Positions 9,573 to 18,045 of a stretch of DNA of 64,000 bases are shown in pieces. The notes beneath the pieces are model-generated. The model did not search any database, was not told the origin of the DNA, and saw only the letters and a program-made list of their open reading frames with translations. The DNA is from a virus. The stretch is from positions 1 through 64,000 of the IMG/VR virus record IMGVR_UViG_3300027969_000063; one strand, written 5' to 3'. Made by a program: the position numbers and the translations under genes. Numbering within the stretch: the stretch's first letter is position 1; each line of letters starts with the position of its first letter.

Positions 9573-9848
9573 TTATTTAAAAATATCTGACCAAGTTTCT
9601 AGTTTAATCTTTTTGGCTTCCATGGCTTCCATCATGGCGCTCTCATCTACCACACCTTGGTCTACGAGAATACCAATCATACAAAGTAATTGGCCAAGTT
9701 CCATATCTAGACATTCTTTGGTTGAGGCAGAATCTTCGGTTGGGTAACAAGAATCAAATCCAAATCTCATGACTTTGGATACTGCCTGAATTACTTCAGC
9801 ACATTCTTCTTGTGTTATAATTAATGCTTCTCTAACTTTATCTTTCAT
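9573..9848 (-). CDS. MazG-like nucleotide pyrophosphohydrolase
   Basis: EECAE...ELGQ all-alpha NTP-PPase pattern. Confidence 0.7.
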   Translation of the reverse strand: MKDKVREALIITQEECAEVIQAVSKVMRFGFDSCYPTEDSASTKECLDMELGQLLCMIGILVDQGVVDESAMMEAMEAKKIKLETWSDIFK

Positions 9849-10113
9849 TGGGATCTTCTATAAATCTAATTACGGGTAGAGTATTGGCTACGATAGTCTG
9901 CGCTTCTGTATAAGTGGTACAGACTACACGGCAGGTAAATACTCCGTCTTTAATGATGAGGTCAAAAGGTAATGCTTCTCCTCTTGGCATCCATTCTTCT
10001 TCAATATAACAATATACAAACCATTCTTTTGCCTGTTTTGCACGGTCAATCAAATCGTCATATATCTTCTTGGGATTAAAATCATCCGCTTCAACATATT
10101 CCATCTTATTCAT
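9838..10113 (-). CDS. Hypothetical protein
   Basis: ORF track. Confidence 0.65.
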   Translation of the reverse strand: MNKMEYVEADDFNPKKIYDDLIDRAKQAKEWFVYCYIEEEWMPRGEALPFDLIIKDGVFTCRVVCTTYTEAQTIVANTLPVIRFIEDPNER

Positions 10114-10309
10114 TCAAAAAAGTAGGTTTAGAATTTTTACTTGTGTAATCCGATGCAAAGTCAGTTGCTTCAGATTCCGTCATAAACACTTTACTAAAAG
10201 AGGATGGTGCATCTGATGTACCATAATTTACTTTCCAAAAGCCTTCGCCTTCATAAATCACGGCCATAATTTTACCAGCTTCACCAACAAAAGTTGCTAT
10301 ATCTTTCAT
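10106..10309 (-). CDS. Hypothetical protein
   Basis: ORF track; coupled. Confidence 0.65.
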   Translation of the reverse strand: MKDIATFVGEAGKIMAVIYEGEGFWKVNYGTSDAPSSFSKVFMTESEATDFASDYTSKNSKPTFLNE

Positions 10310-12447
10310 GATATTAATCCTATAAAACGATTTAATACAACACGGTTATTCAAACGGTTACCAGCATACTTACTAAATGCTGAAACCAGACCACGGGTAG
10401 TGGCATTCTCTCTCACTTCAAAAGTCACATCTTCATCAGTATCTAATGCTTCAGTTTTCAACAAATAGTATTCATCAAAACCGGCATTCTTAACAGTCAA
10501 TGATTTGTTCTTGCGGAACTCTGCTTTGATTTTATCGTGTAACATATAATTGTTAGGATAAAAATGATGTAGTTCACGACCCAATTCACGGCCAGCCAAT
10601 ACATAGAAACCAACAATGTTACAATTAGTTCTTGCCTTCAACATCTTTATATATGATGCTGTCAACTCACGACTGTATGCGTTATCAACAAATTCTTGAT
10701 GTTTAGTAATTGGATCACGAATGACCATCTTACGTTGAGCCCGCCAATCGATTGCATCATAATCAATCTGTTTGTTGGTTGTACCATCTCTCATATTACC
10801 TTTGTCATCTTTGTAAAATACTTCTTTATTACTATGGCCTTCACCATCAGTTAGAAATACAGTATTTACAATCTGTAACTTATATTGTTTCTGAAATTCA
10901 GGAACAATCGTCATAGCAGAGATAACAGCTTCATTCAAAGGTGTACCGCCTTTTTGGAACCAGTTTGGTTTCCAGCCACGGCGTAACTCGGACATCTGAA
11001 CTAAGGCAGAACCGGCATATGTGAATTCAGCCGCAGTCATCTTACTTGATAACAGATTCAATAATTTGAACCGATGCATCACAATATCACCTTCAACTAA
11101 AGGTTGTTGGTACGGTTCATCATATTCACAAGAGAAAGCATATACATCATAAGGAATATTTACCTTCTTGCAGAACATTACCAAATTGATTAATTGCTTG
11201 ACGGTATTTTCTAAGTGATTAGACATAGAACCAGACCAGTCAAGGAACATAACAAGACCGTGTGATTTAGCACCAGGAACAATTGTCATCTTTTTAAAGA
11301 TATCATCGGTTAACTGATAAGAATAAATCTTACTCATATTCAAATCACCAGTTTTGGCAATACTTGCACGTTTCAGCTGGTCGGCATTTTTACGCAATTC
11401 GAATTCTTTGGCAAGATAACCAACAACTTTCTTAGAATCATTACGCAACTTCATAAACTTCTCGGTGTCAATACCCCGTTTGTATGCGTAAGGGTTTTCA
11501 GCATCTACACGAAAACGTTTCCATAAAGTCTTGTGGGGTACAATTGCATCAGTAAGGTCAATTTTAGGAATGTTACCATAGTAATGTGTACTACCATCAG
11601 TAGCATATAACTTCTTCTCATTCTTACGGAATGCCTCATCTGTATAAGATTTGGTTTCTAACGCTTCGTGTTCAGAAATTTCGGCACCACCAGCTTCATG
11701 ATGGCCATCAGATTCTAAATCTTTATCTTCATCTTTTGCATTTGGATATTCTTCGCCAGAATTACCATCTTGACGATTTTCTTCATTTTCATCAAATTCA
11801 TCAGAATCATCATAACCATCGGCATCGATGCCTTCATAATCACCATCTTCATCTTCTTCAAATTCTTCTGGATGATTTTTTCGATGTTCTTCGGCTTGTT
11901 TCTTCATGTAATCAGAAACGAGGCGAGCAACCTTCATCACATCATCGTAGGTCTCGGTACCTTCAATCATGTGAACGAGGGTTTGCTCATAGGGGGTAAA
12001 TTTGATACCTTGTGTTGCGCCGCCTTTAGTATAAAGGTTAACACGGTCAATAAAGTTCAAATCGTTAAGGTCTGTACCAGCAGTACCAAAGAAATCTTTA
12101 TCAATTAATTCTTTGTACGCACGGATAAAACTGGAACGAATTCCAGGATATTTGTTTTTGACTTTTTTCTCAATACGAGCATCTTCACACACATTCATAA
12201 TGCCAGATGGAATCTTTTCTTCGTGAGCTTTAATTAAACCATCAAGAGGAGTGTAAAGTGCATGGCCAACTTCGTGACCCATGAAAAGGTCATAAAGGTA
12301 ACCAGAAATGTTTTTGTCTAATACAGGTACCGTCAATACACGGTTTTTGACATCGAATGACGCAGTTGATACATTGCGTTGTTCGACAATAAGATTTTCT
12401 GTTGCCATAAGTTTGGCAAGTAGTGATTTTGATTGAATAAGTTCCAT
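10306..12447 (-). CDS. CobT-like protein: HExxH metallopeptidase-like domain, acidic linker and vWA domain
   Basis: HEVGH; D/E-rich linker; MIDAS motifs DWSGS...GGTP...LTDGE. Confidence 0.85.
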   Translation of the reverse strand: MELIQSKSLLAKLMATENLIVEQRNVSTASFDVKNRVLTVPVLDKNISGYLYDLFMGHEVGHALYTPLDGLIKAHEEKIPSGIMNVCEDARIEKKVKNKYPGIRSSFIRAYKELIDKDFFGTAGTDLNDLNFIDRVNLYTKGGATQGIKFTPYEQTLVHMIEGTETYDDVMKVARLVSDYMKKQAEEHRKNHPEEFEEDEDGDYEGIDADGYDDSDEFDENEENRQDGNSGEEYPNAKDEDKDLESDGHHEAGGAEISEHEALETKSYTDEAFRKNEKKLYATDGSTHYYGNIPKIDLTDAIVPHKTLWKRFRVDAENPYAYKRGIDTEKFMKLRNDSKKVVGYLAKEFELRKNADQLKRASIAKTGDLNMSKIYSYQLTDDIFKKMTIVPGAKSHGLVMFLDWSGSMSNHLENTVKQLINLVMFCKKVNIPYDVYAFSCEYDEPYQQPLVEGDIVMHRFKLLNLLSSKMTAAEFTYAGSALVQMSELRRGWKPNWFQKGGTPLNEAVISAMTIVPEFQKQYKLQIVNTVFLTDGEGHSNKEVFYKDDKGNMRDGTTNKQIDYDAIDWRAQRKMVIRDPITKHQEFVDNAYSRELTASYIKMLKARTNCNIVGFYVLAGRELGRELHHFYPNNYMLHDKIKAEFRKNKSLTVKNAGFDEYYLLKTEALDTDEDVTFEVRENATTRGLVSAFSKYAGNRLNNRVVLNRFIGLIS

Positions 12448-12470
12448 ATAATCTCCGAGTTAATAGAACC

Positions 12471-12533
12471 ATTATACGCTATATATCGCTTACCGTCAAG
12501 TAGTTTCGGGAAAAGCGTTGTTTTTTAGCAACA
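12471..12533 (-). promoter_or_regulatory. sigma70 promoter TTGACG-17-TATAAT with a (C)GTTG-N8-CAACA palindrome
   Basis: -10 at 12471-12476, -35 at 12494-12499, palindrome at 12516-12533. Confidence 0.8.
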
Positions 12534-12693
12534 TAATGATTATTCGTATAATTCCTTGCGTTTTTGGTAGTCGGCCTGATCTTTTTCATGCAAGGAAAGT
12601 ACTGCCCACTTGCGAGTTACTAAATCCAAGTGCTTCCAATCAGGAATTTCTGCATCCTGCACATTGGCATCGAGCCAAATGTAATGTCCAATA

Positions 12694-12945
12694 TCACTCA
12701 TATGATTTTCCTTGACTTTTTTCGAAAAAATTCTGTTCAATTGCAGCTGCCAACTTGTCGGCAAGCTTCGGATCGAACTTTACTAAAAAATACGCAACAT
12801 CTTCTGTTGGTACATGACGCAAGTTGAACATAATATTGTCAATTCCTTGCAAAATTTGTGTTTCTTCGTGTTTTGCTAGCATAATCACCTTACTGTAGTG
12901 TGTCATTTTGCTCGGAAGCGACTGTACTGCCTCTTTCTTTCGCAA
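12694..12945 (-). CDS. Hypothetical protein (start probably MLAKHEE)
   Basis: ORF track. Confidence 0.55.
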   Translation of the reverse strand: MRKKEAVQSLPSKMTHYSKVIMLAKHEETQILQGIDNIMFNLRHVPTEDVAYFLVKFDPKLADKLAAAIEQNFFEKSQGKSYE

Positions 12946-13044
12946 TTCCGACTGATTTTAACCATTCCAACTCAATTTTGAGTTCCGATTCTGATAAAGC
13001 TTTGAGATAATGTTCATATTCTTCCCAATCCAAATTACTAATCG

Positions 13045-13386
13045 TCATCTTCTCATACTCGCAATCTCTTTTGCTTCATTATCTGTAAAAATTGGCACAG
13101 CATTTGACTTGTGCATCGTACCAATACCTTTAATCTTTGCTCCTGTGTAAGAATTTCCGAATTTCTTAGTACAAGCGATAAAACCAGTATCTAAGGACGC
13201 AAGACGAGGAGTTTCTCGACCTGCAGGAATGGAAAACATTGGAGTTATTTTGGAAAACTTCGTGGATTTATTTCTACTGAAATTGGTAGACATTGAATTG
13301 ATAGACCTTAACCATTGATCTTTTTGCTCTTGTTGAGCTTTAGTTAATTTCTTGGGTTTAGATTTGGGAATATAACCATATATCAT
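13045..13386 (-). CDS. Conserved T4-like basic hypothetical protein (GIGTMHKSNAVP)
   Basis: Recognisable motif; GGAG RBS. Confidence 0.8.
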   Translation of the reverse strand: MIYGYIPKSKPKKLTKAQQEQKDQWLRSINSMSTNFSRNKSTKFSKITPMFSIPAGRETPRLASLDTGFIACTKKFGNSYTGAKIKGIGTMHKSNAVPIFTDNEAKEIASMRR

Positions 13387-13415
13387 AATAATGAGTTCTC
13401 CGTGACTGAAGAACC

Positions 13416-13468
13416 ATTATCTCATAATTACAAGCTGGTGTCAAGTGCTTTGTTGCTAGGATACAACA
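13416..13468 (-). promoter_or_regulatory. sigma70 promoter TTGACA-17-GATAAT with TGTTG-N8-CAACA
   Basis: -35 at 13439-13444, palindrome at 13451-13468. Confidence 0.8.
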
Positions 13469-13518
13469 CTATTACCAATACCTCATATCAAAGGCGGACA
13501 TACCTACTTATGCCAAAA

Positions 13519-13704
13519 TTATCTATGTTGCTGAGTTTTTTCTGGTAAACTTGTATCTTCAAGGTCACTTAGTAACTCTTCTACATTCCTATTCTTCAAT
13601 TTCTTAATTTCGGAATGCTCATTACGATGTTTTCGTTTTGGCATATAAATGTAATCTTCATTATAATCTTGGTTCTTACGGAACTTACCTACAAACTTTG
13701 TCAC
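13519..13704 (-). CDS. Small basic hypothetical protein
   Basis: ORF track; AGGAG RBS, GTG start. Confidence 0.6.
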   Translation of the reverse strand: MTKFVGKFRKNQDYNEDYIYMPKRKHRNEHSEIKKLKNRNVEELLSDLEDTSLPEKTQQHR

Positions 13705-13713
13705 TTCAATCTC

Positions 13714-14088
13714 CTATTTCATGGTTTCAAAGGTTATGCCTCTAATCTTAGTTTCAGGCATATTATGCATATCCTCTTCCGAAATATAGGTAATATCGGC
13801 ATGAGGATAACAAATTTTTACGATTTTGAGTAATTGGCAGACGGTGCCATCGGAATCATTGAATGTAAACACTTCATCTACACATTTTAAATGTTGTATG
13901 ATATTTTTACGAGCAGGATAATCTTGTACATAACCACCTTCAGACCAAGCCATCCACCAGTCTGAATGAACACCAACGATAAGCCAATCACCTTTCGACC
14001 TACATCTTTTCAAGAAGTTTAACTCTTGATTAGATAATGGGTCAAAAGTACCACAAGTAATTATTATTCTATCTTTTCGACTTATCAT
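13714..14088 (-). CDS. Cytidylyltransferase-like protein (RfaE-II/TagD fold) with a degenerate HxGH motif
   Basis: GTFDPL..L..G.LIVGV.SD....VDEV pattern. Confidence 0.7.
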   Translation of the reverse strand: MISRKDRIIITCGTFDPLSNQELNFLKRCRSKGDWLIVGVHSDWWMAWSEGGYVQDYPARKNIIQHLKCVDEVFTFNDSDGTVCQLLKIVKICYPHADITYISEEDMHNMPETKIRGITFETMK

Positions 14089-14507
14089 GGTATAAGATCG
14101 GGGAATGCCTCTTTAACAAATTTGTAAGTTAAACCTTTAACGCCTAAATCTTTTCTTAGAATACCACCAACAACTTCTGCTTCACGGGGTTCTATTGATT
14201 CAATCAACTGCAATAATAATTGTTTTCTCTTTTCTTGTGTCAATTGTTCAGCGGATGGATGTCCTTTTTTGAACAAATACAACTTACGAATCTCTGTTGA
14301 CAATTGGCACGGTGAAATGCCGGGAAGAGTATGTGGAATTTTATATTCCGCAGGAATATCATCAATCAACCATTCATGTGTTGGATGAAATGCCAACTCT
14401 AATACCTGTACCAATGTCTGAGAAAGATTCTTCTCAATTACTGCCATTTTGGCTTTTTTGCCATCAGCCTCTTCAAATTCATCAAATACTTCATAAATGT
14501 TTTTCAT
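14085..14507 (-). CDS. Conserved T4-like hypothetical protein next to rnh
   Basis: QLIESIEPREA...KEAFP pattern and position. Confidence 0.75.
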   Translation of the reverse strand: MKNIYEVFDEFEEADGKKAKMAVIEKNLSQTLVQVLELAFHPTHEWLIDDIPAEYKIPHTLPGISPCQLSTEIRKLYLFKKGHPSAEQLTQEKRKQLLLQLIESIEPREAEVVGGILRKDLGVKGLTYKFVKEAFPDLIP

Positions 14508-15346
14508 TAGAATTCCTCTATCACTTCCATTAAGTTTTTCAGTTTATGTTCAATAAAATAATTCAACAATTTACCTTTAGCAGGTTTTGTTTCTTCATAG
14601 GTATTTATAATCTTTTCTCTTATCTCTTTTGGAGTAAAAGATAGGTCGATTAGTGTGGAATTACGGATAAAATTAGCCTTGATGGATTCATTCTGGTCCA
14701 AGTAATTCTCACTCATCAACTTGTCTAATACCTTCTGTGTAATAGGAGTTTGGCGGAGGTCACGGACAAAACAATCGGAAGAAGAAAGTACATTAGGTAT
14801 ACCGTCACCCTTATCTCCACGGATAATCTTCTCCTTGAGTTCTAAGATTGGTTCCTTTGATACCACATATTTCTTCTGTGATGGATTGTATTGTTTCACA
14901 TTTGCATAGTTCTGTAACTGTAGGAAATCACCATCACTTGATAGAATCAGTACTTTTTCGTGAGCAGCTTGGCGTGGTGCTAAAGTACCAATAATATCAT
15001 CGGCTTCGGCACCATCAACATCAATTACTTTGTATGGGAAGTTTTCTTTGAGTTCTACTTTGAATTTGGCAAGCATTTCAAAAATCATGTGCCAATCTAA
15101 GTTGGACTTTTCACGACTTTTCTTACGACCTGCTTTATAGAATGGAAAATACTCTTTACGCCAGTATTTACGGTTATCACAACATAATACCACTTCACCA
15201 TATTCTGCTTTAAAATTCTTAACATGGTTTCGGATAATATTCAGAATCATATGGCGAACCAGACTTTCATCTAGTTTGCCTTTATGATTGGCAATTTGTG
15301 CCATAAGTCCGGCAAGTAATACTTGGTTTAGGTCAACGAGAATCAT
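14507..15346 (-). CDS. rnh: T4-type RNase H (5'-3' exonuclease)
   Basis: WRK..FP.YKA.R, EADDII, SSDGDF, GDKGDGIPN. Confidence 0.95.
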   Translation of the reverse strand: MILVDLNQVLLAGLMAQIANHKGKLDESLVRHMILNIIRNHVKNFKAEYGEVVLCCDNRKYWRKEYFPFYKAGRKKSREKSNLDWHMIFEMLAKFKVELKENFPYKVIDVDGAEADDIIGTLAPRQAAHEKVLILSSDGDFLQLQNYANVKQYNPSQKKYVVSKEPILELKEKIIRGDKGDGIPNVLSSSDCFVRDLRQTPITQKVLDKLMSENYLDQNESIKANFIRNSTLIDLSFTPKEIREKIINTYEETKPAKGKLLNYFIEHKLKNLMEVIEEF

Positions 15347-15377
15347 AACAAACTTTCAATAGTTTCAATAGGAGGCT

Positions 15378-15406
15378 ATTGTATCACACTTTTTCTAATT
15401 TGTCAA
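15378..15406 (-). promoter_or_regulatory. sigma70 promoter TTGACA-17-TACAAT for rnh
   Basis: Motif seen in sequence. Confidence 0.7.
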
Positions 15407-15737
15407 ATATTCGTTGGATGAAGCCACCAGAAGTGGTAGTTTTCCTTACAACCATACCAAACCAATTTTGTGGTATTAGATTGGAAATGTATTCATATGG
15501 ATCCAAGAAGATTGCCTCGAACCGATCAACATCATATAACTTATCGTTTTCGGTATCATCTTTGAATAATACCACTTCATAAGAATCACCCAATGCATTA
15601 CCACCTAATTTTTCTCCTGGTGTTTTAAATATTGAAGCTTCGATATGAACTTCATCATCCTTTTCACCTGGTAGAAAGAAGATTGCATCAAATGGTCCTT
15701 CAGGATCATTCTTTAATTTTTTGAGATAGTCTAACAT
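15384..15737 (-). CDS. Hypothetical protein
   Basis: ORF track. Confidence 0.7.
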   Translation of the reverse strand: MLDYLKKLKNDPEGPFDAIFFLPGEKDDEVHIEASIFKTPGEKLGGNALGDSYEVVLFKDDTENDKLYDVDRFEAIFLDPYEYISNLIPQNWFGMVVRKTTTSGGFIQRIFDKLEKV

Positions 15738-16143
15738 TGTAATCCTTGAGATGTGATTTTCTCACTCTTACCATAATCCAACTGTTGTAGTATTCTTCCG
15801 TTTCCATAACGCCACGGATGAATTGTTCTTTTGCTTCAACATAACTACATTCGCCTTTGGATTGGCAAAGATGTAAAATTTCACGGGTGAATTTGTCATG
15901 ACCTAATGATAACACATCTGTAGTTAGTTCGGCACTACTTCCATAGTAAGTTTGCCAATCACTTGATGCTTTGTACCGTTTCTTTTTACCTTTGACTTGT
16001 TTGGTTTTGGAAGAGTAAAAGAATTTCTTCCCAATATATTTTCTACCATTCGTCAGATTGGTTATCTGATACACGAACCCGTAATTATTACCAATCAAGT
16101 CTTCCGTAAAATCTGTATTATTATATGTCCAGTTTATTCCCAT
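15706..16143 (-). CDS. denA: GIY-YIG endonuclease, T4 endonuclease II-like
   Basis: GFVY...YIGKK...W..YYGSS...YYN; position next to nrdB. Confidence 0.75.
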   Translation of the reverse strand: MGINWTYNNTDFTEDLIGNNYGFVYQITNLTNGRKYIGKKFFYSSKTKQVKGKKKRYKASSDWQTYYGSSAELTTDVLSLGHDKFTREILHLCQSKGECSYVEAKEQFIRGVMETEEYYNSWIMVRVRKSHLKDYNVRLSQKIKE

Positions 16144-16325
16144 GCCTCATCATCCAAATCATCTTCATCCTCTATATAGGATTCGGATAATTCTTCGATG
16201 ATTTCGCCACAGAATGGACAATGTTCAGGTAGTTCTTGTGAAACCAATTCTTCTGTGAATTGAACTGTGTATTGTGATTCACAACTGAGGCAATCGCCTG
16301 ATAGTGCTTTGTCTGTCATATGCAA
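16134..16325 (-). CDS. Small CxxC-CxxC zinc-ribbon/rubredoxin-like acidic protein
   Basis: CLSC...CPFCG and an acidic tail. Confidence 0.7.
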   Translation of the reverse strand: MHMTDKALSGDCLSCESQYTVQFTEELVSQELPEHCPFCGEIIEELSESYIEDEDDLDDEAWE

Positions 16326-16328
16326 CCT

Positions 16329-17315
16329 TTAATGAGCCCAAACATCACCCCAATCTCCTGATAAAGAACCTTTAGCATAATCAGTTGCTCTGTTCTCAAA
16401 GAAGTTTGTGTGTGTTGGTGCGTTAATCATTTCTTCTACCCACGGCAGAGGATTACGTTTCACTTTAAACTGACCTTTGAGTCCTAAAGAAATCAATCTA
16501 CGGTCGGCAATATAACGAATATACTTCTTAACATCTTCAGATGATAAATCTTCCATGGCACCCATTTGAAATGCCAAATCAATAAACTTATCTTCTAATT
16601 CTACCATGCGTTCAGCAATGGTATATAATCTACCTTTTAATTCATCGTTCCAAATTTCACGATTCTCTTCTATGTATGTACGGAACAATTTGACCATATT
16701 CTCGGTATGTTGTGTTTCATCAACAATAGACCAAGTAACAATCTGACCCATACCTTTCATCTTACCGTGGCGTGGGAAGTTCAACAACATAATGAATGAT
16801 GAGAACAATTGCATACCTTCAGTAAAGGCCGAGAATACGGCAATATGTGTTGCTGTATTTTCTTTGGTTGTATTTTGGCCAGAGATATTCATGACATAAT
16901 CATGTTTCTCTTTCATTTCGGCATAAGCCATAAATTCATTATATGTTGTATCTGGTAGACCGAGAGTTTCGATCAAATGTGAATAAGCAGCAATATGTAA
17001 GGCTTCACGAGCAGCAAATCCCAATAACATCATTCGTATTTCGGGTTGAGGGAAATAAGGAAGATAATTATTAACATAACCGCCAGCAACGTCAATATCT
17101 CCTTGGGTGAAGAATCTGAAAATGTGAGTGAGGAATTGTTTTTCTTCTTTTGTAAGTTTTTTCTTCCAATCTTTAACATCTTCAAGCATTGGTACTTCAG
17201 TATGTAACCAATGAGATTGCTCATGCTTAAGCCATGCATCATAAGCCCAAGGATAATTAAAAGGTTTAAAATATGAGCGATCATCGGTCATCCTTGATTC
17301 TGTTTTTTTGATCAT
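16329..17315 (-). CDS. nrdB: Ribonucleotide reductase class Ia beta subunit
   Basis: EALHIAAY, TEG, DETQH, NFFE motifs. Confidence 0.95.
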   Translation of the reverse strand: MIKKTESRMTDDRSYFKPFNYPWAYDAWLKHEQSHWLHTEVPMLEDVKDWKKKLTKEEKQFLTHIFRFFTQGDIDVAGGYVNNYLPYFPQPEIRMMLLGFAAREALHIAAYSHLIETLGLPDTTYNEFMAYAEMKEKHDYVMNISGQNTTKENTATHIAVFSAFTEGMQLFSSFIMLLNFPRHGKMKGMGQIVTWSIVDETQHTENMVKLFRTYIEENREIWNDELKGRLYTIAERMVELEDKFIDLAFQMGAMEDLSSEDVKKYIRYIADRRLISLGLKGQFKVKRNPLPWVEEMINAPTHTNFFENRATDYAKGSLSGDWGDVWAH

Positions 17316-17330
17316 TCTTTTCTCTTTACA

Positions 17331-17657
17331 TTAAAATGCTACTGATGAACCACAACCACAGGTTGATTTAACTTCTGGATTGGTTATAATAAATTGTGAA
17401 CTAAATTTTACATCTTTATAATCTAAAGTAGCTCCCATTAAGTATTGTGCCGACATTGAATCAACAAACACTTTAATGGAATCTTTTTCAATCACAAAAT
17501 CATCTTCTTCTTGTTTGTCATCAAAGGTGAATTCATATTGAAAACCCGAACACCCTCCACCTCTTACTGACATTCTTAATGCCAAATTACTGTTGTCTTT
17601 TTCTTCAAAAATTAAATCTCTAATTTTATTAAAAGCGTTATCTGTTACAGTAATCAT
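17331..17657 (-). CDS. erpA: A-type Fe-S carrier (ErpA/IscA, HesB family)
   Basis: GGCSGFQY and TCGCGSS motifs. Confidence 0.9.
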   Translation of the reverse strand: MITVTDNAFNKIRDLIFEEKDNSNLALRMSVRGGGCSGFQYEFTFDDKQEEDDFVIEKDSIKVFVDSMSAQYLMGATLDYKDVKFSSQFIITNPEVKSTCGCGSSVAF

Positions 17658-17658
17658 T

Positions 17659-18045
17659 TTATACCTTACATGAACATTTAAGTTCGTAGTCTTTTATTGC
17701 TGCTTTAATTGCATCTTCAGCCAAGATTGAGCAGTGTATCTTGACAGGTGGTAGAGCAAGCTCTTCCGCAATCTGAGAATTCTTAATTGATCCTGCTTGT
17801 TCTAGCGTTTTACCTTTAACCCACTCAGTAACGAGCGAACTGCTAGCAATCGCCGATCCGCAACCGTAAGTTTTAAATTTAGCATCCGTAATAATTCCAT
17901 CTTTGACCTTTATCTGGAGTTTCATTACATCACCACAGGCAGGTGCTCCCACCATACCCGTGCCAACATTTTCATCAGTAGAATCCATTTTACCTACATT
18001 TCGTGGATTTTCATAATGGTCTAATACTTTATCTGAATATGCCAT
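17659..18045 (-). CDS. iscU: Fe-S cluster scaffold IscU
   Basis: MAYSDKVLDHYENPRNVG, APACGD, GCGS, LPPVKIHCS. Confidence 0.97.
   Translation of the reverse strand: MAYSDKVLDHYENPRNVGKMDSTDENVGTGMVGAPACGDVMKLQIKVKDGIITDAKFKTYGCGSAIASSSLVTEWVKGKTLEQAGSIKNSQIAEELALPPVKIHCSILAEDAIKAAIKDYELKCSCKV

Noticed and set aside
11631-12108. Plus-strand His/Ile-rich ORFs
   Set aside because: Antisense artefacts of the acidic GAT/GAA linker
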